Source of the DNA: the human T2T-CHM13v2.0 reference genome, Homo sapiens
Assembly (NCBI RefSeq): GCF_009914755.1
Contig: NC_060931.1
Direction: 5' to 3' (one strand)
DNA: 64,000 bases
Shown here: in pieces, positions 42,324-59,334 of the stretch
How the letters are laid out: the number at the start of each line of letters is the position of its first letter
How positions within the stretch are numbered: position 1 is the first letter of the stretch
Notes under the pieces: model-generated
Databases searched by the model: none
What the model saw: only the letters and a program-made list of their open reading frames with translations
What the model was told of the DNA's origin: nothing
Translations under genes and position numbers: made by a program

Positions 42324-42638
<315 letters not shown>

Positions 42639-42819
42639 CTAAAGAATTTTTTAGTAAAATGTATTCTAAAAAACCCCACAAGCTTGTATCTTAAAGTCAT
42701 TTGATTATTTAAGAATAATAATTGAAATTTTTGACAAACATTGAGTGTCTGAATTTATAATATGAGGACTTTTCTGTAAAATTTTTACAGTACCTGATGA
42801 GAAAAAAAAATTATGATAA

Positions 42820-43135
42820 TTGTTAAATAGTAAGGCAGATCTTTTTCAGGTCCAGCATGATAAGTGTAGGGACCACAGCAATGGGGTTTTGCAGTAGGGG
42901 AGACAGATTGGACTCAGCTCCAAATACAAGGAAAAGTATAGTGAAGGAACAGAGTGGGGCTCAGTGGACGTACAATTACTAAAAGCAAATATCAAGGATA
43001 AGGAGGGATTACGGCTAAAATGACTTAAGAGGATTCTTGCTGAAAGCAGGCCACGGTTATCAGAAATCACCTAGGGGATGGTGGAGGATGAGGAACCCCA
43101 TCAGATTTGAGAGCAGTCAGATAATGAGGGTGTTC
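42820..43135 (-). mobile_element. ERV1 LTR fragment (MER31-like)
   Basis: GATTGGACTCAGCTCCAAATAC...TCAGTGGA...AATTACTAA...GGATTCTTGCTGAA resembles recalled MER31 reverse strand. Confidence 0.55.
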
Positions 43136-44889
43136 AAGGAGATAACTTTGTGCTTTGTCATACTCAAAAAGTTTTAATCATCAAAACCTATTTCGGCTGT
43201 GTTCATGGAGTATAATAAGCAAGGAATAATTTTCTAGAACATGAACAGAGGACATGAAGAACAATGAACAAGGGAATTGCTCCCAGAGAGCAAAATATGG
43301 ATTTAATTCAGGAGCTTCCCCCTTGCCTCCTCATCCTACCTTAACTAGGGCAGAATTACCTCCAAGTAAGTGATTATTAACTATATTCTTCAACATCTGA
43401 GTAATATTCACCTATATAGGTCCTGTCTTCAAAACTATATAATACTCAGGCTAGTGAGTAAGATGAGAGGAAAGTGATTTTCAATGCTACAAATAAACTT
43501 TTATATATGTTGAACCCTTTGTGTTTAATCTCACCTCCCACATAGCTACAATCTAAGGTAAACCTGTAAAGGAAAAAATGTTATTCACTATGTGGAAGGT
43601 CTGAGTAAAAACTTCTTCCTAAGAAAAATATAAGATTTCATTATCTGGTAGCCTTCTAGTATCTACAAATATTTTAGAGATATTTTGACTTCTGAATAAA
43701 TACACAAAAATATCAAATGTTCTGATTTCAAAATTAAACTGGACTTGCTAGTAAGATGGATTGACTCATTTACATATGCTGTTTTTAGAATAAAAAGCTA
43801 AAAGACTTTCTTTATAATTCCTTTTTAAAAGGAGTTTAATTTAATAATTATTATACATAAACTTAAAGTTTCTAAAAGAAAGAATTAATTGTCCTTCTTT
43901 TGATGTTTTCTTACAAACTAATTTGTATCTGAATAGCTTTTTTCTTCTAGAATTTCTATAGCTTTTTGTTAAACTAAATAGATTCAAATGATATTGTGTT
44001 CTCAGTTTTCTTATGTTAAAAATAGTCTCACAATAGATACCAGAATCAAAGAATTATACATAATAGTTCATAAGAAAAAGGGTGCTTTTATTTTAGTTTG
44101 AGAGAAATTTATTTGAATAAAGTCCAGTTTTTTTCAAACTGTATTCAACTAAATTGATTCTCTCTACTTTAAATAAAATTTTCATACTTCCTTTCTCAGT
44201 GTCTAAGACATTTACATAGACTGTTTTATAATGCTGATTAAGTTCAATGCTTGCTAAATACTGTGGGAATTAAAGTCCATGAAATCTTGTTTTAACTATT
44301 ATTTGGGGTTTTTTTGGATCTAAATGTCTCATTCTATGCCCCCACACACACACTTCATATAAGGGGGTGATTGACATTTTTTTTAAAAAAAGAATCATTT
44401 ATTTGGGTAACTTTAAGATTCTCTTTTCATATGTTTTCATCTCAGGCCAAGAGAATGTGAAGTTCTATGTTGGTATAAAGTACCAAGAGTAAATTACATT
44501 TTGCTCCATAGAAGGACACCATATTCAGATTTTATTTCACTAAGTAGAATATCCATATCAGCAATTTAACAAAATGGAAATACCTCCCATTAACATTTTC
44601 ACTACTGAGGAACTAATTTGTATTATTTTATGTCACCCCTTAGAATATATTTAAATCTCAGACTTGTCAGCTACGAAAAAGATCATCGAAATTTTGTGCT
44701 AAAATCCTAAACTACAGTTAAAAAATATATATTTTAAATGACTTCAGAGAGAATTTATCAACAAAAGAAAAAAATGTTTATAGTCATAGTTTCAGATATT
44801 TTTAATTTTTTTATATTTTAAAATATTTTTTAAATAGTGCTTTGAAATGCATTGTGAGATTTTTAAAAATCTGCCATCTGTAATATTTT

Positions 44890-45431
44890 TGTCAGAGGCA
44901 TTTGAACCAGAGCAACTCCATCTTGAATAGGGGCTGGGTAAAACGAGGCTGAAACCTGCTGGGCTGCATTCCCAGACAGTTAAGGCATTCTAAGCCACAG
45001 GATAAGATAGGATGTCAGCACAAGATACAGGACACAAGGAGCTTGCTGATAAAACAGGCTGCATACAGTAAAGAAGCAGGTTAAAACCCACCAAAACCAA
45101 GATGGCAACAAGGGTGACCTTTGGTTGTCCTCACTGCTACACTCCCACCAGTGCCATGACAGTTTACACATGCCCTGGCAATGTCAGGAAGTTACCCTCT
45201 ATGGTCTAAAAAGGGGAGGCACCCTTTCTTTAGCACACCGTCAAGAAATAACCATAAAAATGGGTAACCAGCAGCCCTCGGGGCTCCTCTGTCCCTGGGG
45301 TAGCCATTCTTTTATTCCTCTACTTTTGTAATAAACTTACTTTCACTTTCTGGACTCGCCCTGAATCCTCTCTTGTGCAAGATCCAAGAACCGTCTCTTG
45401 GGGTCTGGATCAGGACCCCTTTCTGGTAACA
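44890..45431 (+). mobile_element. MER41A-type solo LTR (ERV1)
   Basis: TGTCAGAGGCATTTGAACCAGAGCAACTCCATCTTG start and CCCCTTTCTGGTAACA end. 4-bp TSD TTTT. 542 bp. Confidence 0.93.
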
Positions 45432-47449
45432 TTTTAATCAAATTCATGTGCTTTCTCTCAGTGGAATATGTCAGGAGAGGTGTATTCCCTCTTAAAATAT
45501 TTTATTTTCCTGCTTAAAATATTCTGTTGGTCCTGAGATTGCAAATACACCCTAATATGGTGGGAAAGATGATTTGTTCTCCATCTGGGAATGTTTATGT
45601 TTACCTTAACTATTGATGAGACTTTTCTCTAATACCTACCAATAGAGCCTGACCAGACAGACACTGTGTGCATGCCAATAAAAAAGAAAACTGGCAGCTA
45701 ACATAACCCTTGAAACAAACTCTTTTCTCTGGCTATGTGGCCTTGCATTTGTCACTTGGATTTGCTAACAATGTTTACACTATACAATTATGAATCATCT
45801 ACTAGTTTGAGTCTTCAAATAGCAAATAGATGAGAAAACACTGTCTCCTTGTAAAGGAGTTATTTTGGTTCTCTTTGTGATTTAAATATAATTGATGTAT
45901 ACAGAAATAAATAACTTAATTGTTAAGAATTTAATATATTCACTCTAATATGAACATAATTGTCTAAATTTAGATAGCATATTGAGTTGTAAAATTTACT
46001 TTTCAAGTTTTTAGAAAATCAAAGAAGACTAATCTGAAAAAAATTACTTCTATATGGCAATAATATACAATGCTGACCATTACTATTCTTAAATTTAGAA
46101 AAAATAAGGAAGACCTTTTATTTTAGCTTACAGTTACTTTGTTGTGCCATAAAATGGTGAAGACAATGCTGTAAGTCAAACATATGTCTCTGTTTCTATA
46201 ACACACTGGAAGGAAGCTGAGAATTCTCTTCCGTTGATGTACTTGGAATTGAGGATGGATTCAAGCAATAATTCAAGGGAGGTACTGCAAAGAGTTACAA
46301 ATCACTTTCCTGTAGTAGAATGCCAATGCATTTGGAGATACATAGCCAGAGTCTATTTGACATGTTTTATGCATGAAAACTTGCTCATAGAAGGGGGTTG
46401 AAATACATTACTAGATATTAGAAATGTTATCTTTTTCTAAAATAATTGTTATTGGAATAACAGAAAGTACCAACATAAGCTAACACAGGTTCCAAAAATA
46501 TGGAGACTCTGAGTTTTGGAGACACTGGCAGGAATCCTAAGCCTGAAGATGCCATAGAGAGAGAAAATGGCTAATGGCTCTCAGTTCCACGTCCAACAGC
46601 TCACCTAAACCCTGTGAAAAACCACTAGGTGGCCCAAAGGTGCTTTGTTTGTAGTGTGGGAAGAACTTCAGCCTACAGCAAAAAGGAACAGGTCCACAAA
46701 CAGATACTTTTTAATTCCTTTTATCTATCCCCTAACTTTCACTGGGCAACATAAAGTAAACACATTAAACTCAACAGAAAAAAAAAAAAGGTGACATAAA
46801 TTCACAAATAATCACTTAAGTACAAATAAAATACAAAGTTATTACTTTACTCAAAGCTATTTTGAAGAAAAAATTGTCAGAATTCAGGGTACTCAGCAAG
46901 TTTACCTTTAGGTATATTACATAACTTTCACAGAGTTCTATATGGAAGCATTGACAAGGTTGTTCATTTTAATGGTGTTCATGGAAGAAATGGATCATCT
47001 GGGTGCCACGACCAAGGGAATAGGAGAGTCAAGACTGTTACATACACGTGCTAGAATACCATTGCAATATTCAGAGTCAAGGAAGGAATTTTACATGTGT
47101 CAACATTATAGATCTCGAACATATAATATTTTCAGTGAAAAATAGTAAGAAATGCAAAGTATTTATAATTTATGCAAAGTAAACATGTACAATTAAATTA
47201 ATATTTTATAAAAATTCTAAATAAATCTGTAGAGAAGAGATTGCAAGAGTGTTCATTTAATATAGTAAAATAGGTACCTGGAGTGGGTGAAGAAGTGAAA
47301 AATTGTTTTTTTTTAAGAAGAATATAACCAAGATACCAAAGCAATATCATTAGCTTTTCCTCTGTAACTTGTACTTTATTATTAGTAATTTTGAAAGGAA
47401 ATTGAAAAGAAGAAATCCTTTGCAGATTAGAAATTTATTTTAATTATCT

Positions 47450-49735
<2,286 letters not shown>

Positions 49736-50574
49736 TAAAAATTGTCGATCTTCTGATAAAATAAATATTATTTACTCTACAAGTGATTTTATATAAAATA
49801 CTGGTATTATATTTAAAATATCACAAATATGCAAATAGCTAAAAATAGAAAAAATTAAGGATGAAATAGCATTGATTGGAACTAGCTTTTATTGTTTCAA
49901 AATCATGAAAATAATCTACATTTTTATTATCTCTATAGAAGTTGTTATCCCTCTTATTCTTTTATTTCAACATCTATATGTTTACTTGGTCCCCTGTCTT
50001 ATTTCCAAGTTGCCTAATTTGATATTTTTTCCAATCCTTCTAATATAAACCATCTTTACAGATTAGAATATTAAAATGAGGATTTCAACATGTAAAATGT
50101 CATCAGGAAATCGCGGATTATAACACTAGCTCCTTTCAAGTTGCCAAACTTAAGGATAGAAACAAAGTCAACTCATAAAATTTATCAAGCATGTATGAAG
50201 TAGTATGATGTTAGAACTAACCATGAATAAAATTAATTTGTGTGTTTTGAATTGATGATAGGCATGGTTCTGTGGTTAGTATTATCAGTCTAAGAAGACA
50301 GTGAAAACAAAGGTAGTGAAAAATTGAGGTATAAATACCAGAAAATTCCTATGCTTAGAAAAATAGAAAATGCTGAACTAAAAAATATTTGAATATTGAT
50401 ATGTACCAGACATTCTACTAGAACTGTAATTACAAGGATAGATTAAAAACCTGATTTTAAAGAGTTCATTAGACACACAAACACGTGTTTCTAAGACACC
50501 ATGCAATAAATGCCACAACGGAATAAAATTCGGTCAAAAAAGGACAGATAAAGAAAAGGAACATGCCTAGTACT

Positions 50575-53158
50575 TATAGTGGATGGAATAGTGTTCCCCT
50601 CCCCCAAAATTAACATCCACTGTATTAGACCATTCTCACATTGCTATAAAGAACTACCTGAGACTGAGTAATTTATAAAGAAAAGAGGTTTAATTGACTC
50701 ACAGCTCCACAGGCTGTACAGGAAGCATGGCTGGGAAGGCTTAAGGAAACTTATATTAATGGTGAAAAGCAAAGAGGAAGGAGTCATGTCTTACATGGCC
50801 AGAGCAGGAGGAAAAAAGAGAAGCAGGAGGTGATACACACTTTTAAGCAACAAGATCTCATAAGAAGTCACTCACTATCATGAGAACAGCAAAGGGGAAA
50901 TCTACCTCCATGATCAAATGACCTCCCACCATGCCCTTCCTGCAACATTGTAGATTACAATTCAACATGAGATTTGGGTGGGGACAAAGATCCAAACCAT
51001 ATCATTTCACCCTTGGCACCTCCCAAATCTCATGTCCTTCTCACATTTCAAAATGTAATCATGCCTTCCCAACAGTCCTCCAAAGTCTGAACTCATTCCA
51101 GAAGTCCAAATTCTCAAGTCCAAATCATCTGAGACAAAGCAAGTCTCTTCTGCCTATGAGCCTGTAAAATCAAAAACGAGTTAGTTACTTCCAAGATAGA
51201 GTGGGGGTTAAGCATTTGGTAAATATTGACTTTCCAAAAGGGAGAAATTGGCCCAGACAAAGGGCTGCAGGCCCTATGCAAGTCCAAAACCCAGCAGGGC
51301 AGTTGTTAAATCTTAAAGCTACAAAATAATGTCATTTGACTCCATGTCTCATATCCAGGTCACACTAATGCAAAAGGTGGACTCCCAAGGCCTTGGGCAG
51401 CTCTGCCACTGTGGCTCTGCAGGGCTTATCTCCCATGGCTGCTCTCAAAGGCGGGTGTTCAGTGTCTGCAGCTCTTCCAGGGTGTATGATGCAAGCTATC
51501 AGTGGATCTGAGGTCTGAAAGATGGTGGCCCTCTTCTCACAGCCCCACCAGGCAGTGCCACAGTGGAGACTCTGTGTGGGAGCTCTAACCCCACATTTCC
51601 CCTCTGCACTGCCCTAGTAGAGTTTCTCCATGAGGGCCTCATCCCTGCAGCTATGGCATCTCCATATGTCCTCTGAAATGTAGGTGGAGGCTCCAATGTC
51701 TCAACTCTTGCCATCTGAGCAACTGCATGCTTAACACCACATAGAAGCTGCCATGGCTTATGCTTGTATCCTCTGTAGCAGCAGCCTGAGATGTATCTGG
51801 GGCCATTTTAGCCATGGTTGGAGCTGGAGTGGTTGGGACACAGGGTACAGCATCACAAGGTTGCTCAGAGCAGTGGGGCCCTGGGTCTGGCCCACAAAAC
51901 CGTTCTTCCTTATTAGGCCTCTTGGCCTGTGATGGAAGGGGCTGTGTTAAGTTCTCTCAAATGTCTTTGAGGTATTTTACCCATTGTATTGGGTATTAAC
52001 TTACAGATCCACTTTACTTATGCAACTTTCTGCAGCCAGCTTGAATTCTTCCCCAGAAAATGAGTTTTTCTTTTCTACTACAAGGCCAGGCTGCCAATTT
52101 TCTAAGCTTTTATGCTCTGCTTCCCTTTTAAATATAAGTTCCAGTTTCAGATCATCTCTTTGCTCACACATATGGTTATACTGTCATGTGTATGACTGTA
52201 CACTGTTAGAAGCAGCCAAGCCACATCTTGAATGCTTTGCTGTTTAGAAATTTCTTCTGCCATATACCCTGAATCATCACTCTCAAGTTCAAAGTTTCAT
52301 AGATCCCTAGAGCAGGGGCACAATGCATCCAGTCTCTTTGCTAAAGCATAGCAAGGTTGACCTTTACTCGAGTTCCCACTAAGTTCCTCATCTCCATCTG
52401 AAACCACCTCAGCCTGAACTGCATTGTTCATATCACTATCACAACAATTTAAAAAGTCTCTAGGAAGTTTGAAACTTTCCCTATCTTCCTGTCTTCTTCT
52501 GAGTCCTCCAAGCTGTTCCAACCTCTTCCCATTAACCACTTCCAAAGTTGCTTCTACATGTTCAGGTATCTTTATATCAATGTCCCACTTCTCAGTACTA
52601 ATTTCATGTATTAGTCTTTTCTTATATTGCTATAAAGAACTACCTGAGATTGGGTAAGTTTATAAAAGAAAAGAGGTTTTATTGACTCACAGTTCTGCAC
52701 CTTGTACAGGAAGCATGACTGTGAACGCCTCAGGAAACTTACAGTCATGGCAGAGGACAAAGAGGAAGGAGGCACGTCTTACATGGCCAGAACAGGAGGA
52801 AGAGAGAGAATGGGAAGGTGCTATACCCTTTTAAACAACCACATCTGATGAGAACTCACTATCACAAGAACAGCAAGGGGGAAGTCCACCTCCATGATCC
52901 AATCCCCAGCCACCAGGCCCCTCCTTCAATACTGTGGATTACAATTTGACTTGAGATTTGGAAGAAGACACAGACTCACATCATATAATCCAACTAGAAC
53001 CTCAGAATGTGACCTTATTTGTAAATAGGGTCTGTGCCTGTGTAACTAATTAAAGAATTCAAGATAAAATCATCTTGGATTTAGGGTGGGTTGCAAATCT
53101 AACGACTGGTCTCTTTATAAGAGAAATAAGAAGGATATTTGGATACTGAGATACAGAT
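50575..53158 (+). mobile_element. MLT1B/C-type LTR split by the MST insertion (pieces 50575-50620 and 52989-53158)
   Basis: AATAGTGTTCCCC...AAAATT [insertion] TAGAACCTCAGAATGTGACCTTATTTG...TGGATTTAGGGTGGG. Confidence 0.8.
50621..52988 (-). mobile_element. Complete two-LTR MaLR element (MSTA/THE1D-type): LTR 50621-51004, internal 51005-52606, LTR 52607-52988
   Basis: Two homologous ~380-bp LTRs in direct orientation around ~1.6 kb MaLR internal sequence. 5-bp TSD TCCAC/TCCAA. Confidence 0.93.
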
Positions 53159-53379
53159 AATGTTCTAGAAATGAATCGTGGTGATGGTTGCACAATAATA
53201 TGAATGTACTTAATGCCCCTCAACTACATACTTTATAAGGGAAATATTGTATGATTCCATCTATATGAGGTATCTATAGTAGGAAAATGCATAACATGAT
53301 GCATATTATATGACATATATATTATGCTATATCACATATCACTATGATATAATGATGATATATTATACATTATGACATA

Positions 53380-53380
<1 letters not shown>

Positions 53381-53432
<52 letters not shown>

Positions 53433-53445
53433 TATATATATATAT
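53381..53445. repeat. Compound (TC)n(CA)n(TA)n microsatellite
   Basis: Directly visible. Preceded by an AT-rich low-complexity tract (53295-53380). Confidence 0.95.
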
Positions 53446-54454
53446 TAGAAGGCCTGAACAGCAAATCTAAAGGGCCAAAAACATGGACTAGTACATGTAA
53501 ACTACGATACTTCATGAGAGAACATCTTCCTGAGGAGAGAGAGTTGAAGACGCCTGGTAAAGTCTGGAAGAGAGAGAAAATATTAACTCTTGAGCAGTAT
53601 GTTATTAAAATGATTCCTAAATTCATCTCCTATGGACTTGCATCTGAGTCTTGGTAGAGGAGGTGTACACTTAAATTGTAACTATCTATCTTCTGGAATC
53701 CCAAGGAGTTAATCTTGGGAGCATTTTGAGACGCCTTTCTAACAGGAAATGCTTATAATTGTTGGGAGGGATCTGAAGGTAACTAAATTCTCACAGTTCT
53801 GCAGTATAATTTTCAAACTACTATTGAATTTTCAGTCTAGTGTGGTCTGAGGAAATACTGGTTGTACAAGCAGCTCACATTCCAACTTGTATAATGGTTT
53901 TTATCAGTAGTACAATACCTTCCAACTTCTAACATAAGGATAAACAATAATAGAAAGGAAGTTTCCTGAAACTGTTGTTAACTGCAAAATTACCTGTTTC
54001 ATACTCTCATCACACCAGTAATTTCTACCAGGAGCACATTAGTTGGTTCCTCTCTACATCCATAAATCTAGCAGAAAGTTATAATTTTAACATTTTAACA
54101 GAGACAACATAAAATGTTCCTCTCAGAATTACAAGTGCTTTTAAGCCAATTGCTTGAGGGAAATATACTCCTTGCATCAACAAGTCAGTGAAAGTTAACT
54201 GAAAGAGGAGAATAGCTGAGAGATTCTCTCAGTGATTGATAAAGACAAACACCTGTATTAAAGGGCTAGCCACTAAAAATTATGAGAAGTAATGAAGCAG
54301 CAACAAATCTTACGTTCACTGTTGATTCCTTGACAACATAATTGTGTCTTGTTTGCTGATATTTTAATCATAGTACTGGAGAACACCCAGTTAAACAAGC
54401 AAACAGAAAAAGAATTGAAGGTACATGTCCATATCTTTCCATCTGTAATGGGGG

Positions 54455-54512
54455 GTGTGTTTGTGTGTGTGTGTGTGCGTGTGAACATGCGCATGCATAT
54501 GTATGTGTGTAT
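54455..54512. repeat. Imperfect (TG)n alternating purine-pyrimidine tract
   Basis: Directly visible. Confidence 0.85.
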
Positions 54513-57500
54513 ATTTAATTTGGTCTGCATAAATATAGAAATGTCTTTCAATGGTATGCATAAATATATAAATGTATACTTTAAAAAGTATGCATAAATA
54601 TATACATATATTTAACTTGTCTTATTTTTTAGAAAAAGGTGCAGTAGCCAATGAGAATGTATAGTAGTTAATTATATAGTTCACTTTTATCTTAAGACCA
54701 ATAATTGCTATTATTTTCATTACTATCATTATAATAAATTTTAAGCTGCCAAAGACATATGACATAAAATGTAACAGAAATCATTATGTTCTTTAGATAC
54801 ATTTGAGCAATAAGATTGCTTTAGTTATAAATCTTGTATAAATATGTATTATTTTACTCTAAATATAAACAATGTGATGAATGTTATATTGTTCACGTAT
54901 TCAAAAATATACATTTAAAACTCCTTGATTTATACTAAATTCATGGAAAAATGGCTAGACCACAAAAGGTACTGTACATTTTAAATATTCAGAAGTGTTT
55001 TTAATGTATTTATTAAACAAATATTTTGCTAAGAACTACAGCCATACGCAAAATCTGCTGAAATTCTACAGGCCCTTGAACATTAGGCATCTATCATGGA
55101 GTTAACTTCTAATAAATCTACTTCAATAGATTTCATAATGGAATTATGCTTCCACCAGGGTGGGAGAAATGGAAAGTGCTCTATATTTACATACGAAATA
55201 ACTTTGCATTTTTAAATCAAATTTCTGTTCATTTATTATCCAAAATAGCATGGCCTTCTATAATTAGAATCAAAGGCATTTTATGAAACTTGTTTTTCTG
55301 ATTTGTAAGCTTCTTGACCTACAAATAGTACTCTTTTAAAAATAACCTGTTAAGATTTCAACACATGAAACTATTTATAGTGGCAATGGATAGTGCCACT
55401 TCCACTTATGGTTTCCTTGCCCCTATCCAAATTGAATTCCTAATGTCTTTTTCTATGCCTCTTACAAGGTTACCAGAAAGTGTAACAGAGGCTACCTGGA
55501 CTACTATAGTTTTCCCAAATACAACACAATCCCAACTTGAGTATGTTTTTAATTGGTCAATATTTTCTTTAAGTAAAATCCAACTCAGCCTCATGGTATG
55601 TCTTAAGTATTGTGTTATTCTGTAGTCTATAATAATATGAAATTATCAGTGATATGATAAATGCTATATTATTGCTTGTTATTGTTTCTAAATTCAGTAA
55701 TTTACTGTGTCACAGACAACAAGTTAATCTTAGCTTTAGCTTTATTTCTCATTTCCATGTACCATTTGACAGGCATCCAAACTTATTCTAGTTAAAGTTG
55801 AACAACTTCTGTTACCTCTGATGTCTTTAATTTGATCTAAGTTTATTAACTATTGAGTATTTTCCTTATAATTTTAACATAAATTAAAAGATATGATGGT
55901 AGAATATTTATAGAAAAGAAAATTTTAATGAAAAAATACATAAGAATGCCCGCCCTTTCATACAGGACTTTGAAATAAATGGGACAACATCAAGTTATTT
56001 TTAAATACTTTAATATTTAAATTGCTTTAAAAATGTTAAGATTTCTATTATGCCATCTAGACCTAGGAAATATAATAAAAATTAAATTTGCACTTGGGTA
56101 CAAGTGCTTTATAAAAGAATTTTTATCATATATTCCCATGGTTAATTTGCACCCTCCTCCTATTAAATGATGCAAAAAACTTTAAGCCTGAGATGTTATG
56201 CTGCATCCAAATCCAGAACCAAATAGCTGCAGGAGTGAACTATTTGAGTTGCTAAAATCAGGGCCTTAAGGATTGTGATGCATAGAAAATACGTTCATCT
56301 TAAAGTGAAGCTAGGCACTGTTTATACATTCAAGGCATTTTTACAAGTAGCTTTCGAAACATTTAGGCAGGTGGGGCTAGGTATGCCTTTGGTCTGTTGA
56401 ACAGATGTGTATCTATGCCTAACAGATCGTAAAAACCTAAAGGTTAATAAAGGGATAAGAGGTGTGATCATGAATAGGGCTTGGTATGAGTCCATAGTGT
56501 GATTTAACTATGAGGTTGACACAGTATATAGAGAGGCACATTAACAATACCATTTCCTTTCCTCCAAAGAGATACTTAAATGTTTCCATCTCCATTGGAC
56601 TTGGTTAGGTGTAACCCTCTGCTAGATTATTTTCAGGTGGCACGGAGTTATAATGAAATGAGACATCAGAATGAAATTTAGAAGCCAATTGTTTCCAAAA
56701 AAATCAATAAATAAAATAAGATAAAAATCTAGAAACACAGATTTGTTAAATACATTCTATCATCATTGCATAAAGCAGTGTTTCAAATGAAATTAAGTAT
56801 TAGAGACTTTTGAGTTTGCTCTTAAAAGTGGAAGTTTCTTTTTGAAACAAAACTATTTCTAGGAGATAAAATCTTAATATTTGAATACTATAGTCACTGT
56901 CCTGATGTTATTGACATGTGAAATGCATGCCCTCAGAAATGTAATTCTGAATTTGAATTGGCTTAAACTCATACTGATAAGTCATGAAAATAATTTATGA
57001 AATATTACTTAGTGAATTTATACTGTAGGAGACTATATTTACATTATTCCTACACAGCAATTATTTGGAAAGCTCTATCTCTGGAAATCTTTTAAACTGT
57101 AATAAATAGCTGTTGTTGAGATGAATATGATTCAGATATGAAACAAGAGCCAATATAAGAAGTCTTGTATTACTAAAATTATTAATAATTAGCATAAGGG
57201 GGATTTATCTGAAATTATAGGACAAGGAAATTAAAATTGTGTAAGTAATACTCACTTATATGGGAGAGTTTTTTTTTCCTCCCAAATCTGCATGTAATAG
57301 CTGAAATAAATTTACTAATATCCAGCACAAAAATATGAAGCACTCAGATTCACAAGGATGGGGGCATTATATATTTTATCATTTTAGAAATTATATATAT
57401 ACTAGCCTCTATATATATCCTATATATAGAGTAGTTTTTTGTTGCTCTTCTTTCAGATATTCAGCAAAACATAAAGCAGAATTCCAGAAATATGATAATA

Positions 57501-58314
57501 GTTAAAGCCCAGCTTTATCTCATGCAGTTTGTTGGTTTGCCTTTCTTACAAATGTAAGATGTTAAAATTGTGTTAGAATTTCTATGGACAACTCTTTGTG
57601 CAAAGTGTGATATTGAAAAACGCACCTAAATAAGAGTTTCCTAAAGGTGAATTTAAGATCACTTTCAATCTCAACACGCAGTAAAGAAAATGCTTTCCAC
57701 ATGGCTTTCAGCATACCACAATCTAGTTCTCCTCATTGAAGATCATTTAGAGTAGCAGAGAGGGAAGACTCTGAAGGCAGTGTGATTCTAAGTCCAATTT
57801 TGTGACTAGTTTTCTGTCTCCAAGAGACTCTCTGACCTGGGCAATTACAGTCAACAAGATTCTGGGTCCAAAGCTCAGCCTTTCAGATGCCTTGGGTTCT
57901 GCATAATGTTTCCATTTTAAAGTAAATTTCAGTCAAATTTTAGAATATATATTTGCTAATATGCAAATTTAATTTGTAATTATAAGCAATTTTAAAAAGT
58001 GAGCAGGATAAACTTCAACTGTCAGTTGTAAAACAGACTAGATTTTCATGAATAAAGGTGGAATGCATAGTCACCTACTTTCATGGAACATATAGAAAAT
58101 CTGTTCTTGAACATGATTTACCACAGTAAAGCAATTGTGAAGCTAATATGCAATATTTACCAAGAAATACCTGAGGAGATTGTAAGTACTAATTGCTACA
58201 ACAGTGTTTATCTGGTGTTTAATTAATTTCTTAGTTTAATTGAAGACAAATGCTTACTGTTCTAGCTGTCTTTCACAAAGCTCAAAACTATGAAAAACAC
58301 AAAAAGACAATCTC

Positions 58315-58430
58315 ATTAAATTTCATTTTCCCAATATCTAAAAAATGGGATTGATAATATGAATTAAATGAAGTGATGAGTATAAAATGCCTGGCACGTG
58401 TATGTGCTCAACAAATGTAAGGTATGATTA
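58315..58430 (+). mobile_element. MIR fragment
   Basis: ATCTAAAAAATGGGATTGATAATA...ATTAAATGA...AATGCCTGGCAC...GTGCTCAACAAAT. Confidence 0.6.
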
Positions 58431-59334
58431 GACAGTATTTAATTTCATTATTTTTAAAACTTTAGTCCTCATTTTTTTTTATTTGGAGCATTATTTCATA
58501 ATATTTGCAATTTTTAGATAGATAAAACATTTACATGGTTCAAAATTCAAGAGTAACAAAGGACGTGTTTTGGAAATTCTTAATCACCTCACTCTCTTTC
58601 CAACAACTGGTTCCTTGTCTGAAAATAACAAATACGATCATTTTCTTCTCTATCTATACAGGTATATTTTATATATTTACAGGCAAATATAAAAGTATTA
58701 TTCACTTTTAGACATTTTGTCAGAAAGCATGATTAACACATTTCTGTCTCTTACTTATATTCAACTTTTGTTATGGAGAGGTTCTCTCTTACTTCATTGG
58801 ACCTTCTTGGAATTGACAGCTGGCTTAGTTGACATTTAGTGCTTACCTACTCTCTCTAGGTCTAAGATCTCATCTTGCCTCTTCTGACGTCCAGTGGAAA
58901 ACTGTAGTTCTTGTCCTAAAATTTTCCACACACTCTTCTCTCCCCTTTTCTGAAATAAAAACTTATTCTAAGAAAACTTTGGAAATTTAACCATTTCATA
59001 ATTTTAAAATACTCAATCATTAATATTTATTTGCACCAAAATGCATATACTCTGGTTTTATTTATCTCTTCCTTAATATATAAGGATTTAATGCAAGGTC
59101 TGAAAAGTACAAAAAACAAACTTTTTCAGTTTCAGAGTTATGATTTGTAAAATATGTAGACAGTATGTTAATAGGAGATTGGAACACAATAGTTGTGAAT
59201 GATAGTTCTTCTTCCAAACATCTGCCATTTTAAGCAATTCATCTTTCTTCTCTGTAAGTCTATAACATTATCTTTAAAATAAGTAAGTGGAGCCAAGTTG
59301 GTTCTAAGTTCCTCAGAATGAACGTGGTGGAACT

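Noticed and set aside
50931-52657. Short ORFs in the MaLR internal region
   Set aside because: Fragmented in several frames on both strands. No intact internal ORF.
54554-54604. Direct repeat of GTATGCATAAATATATA with an octamer-like motif
   Set aside because: Lies in AT-rich low-complexity DNA beside a microsatellite; slippage explains it.
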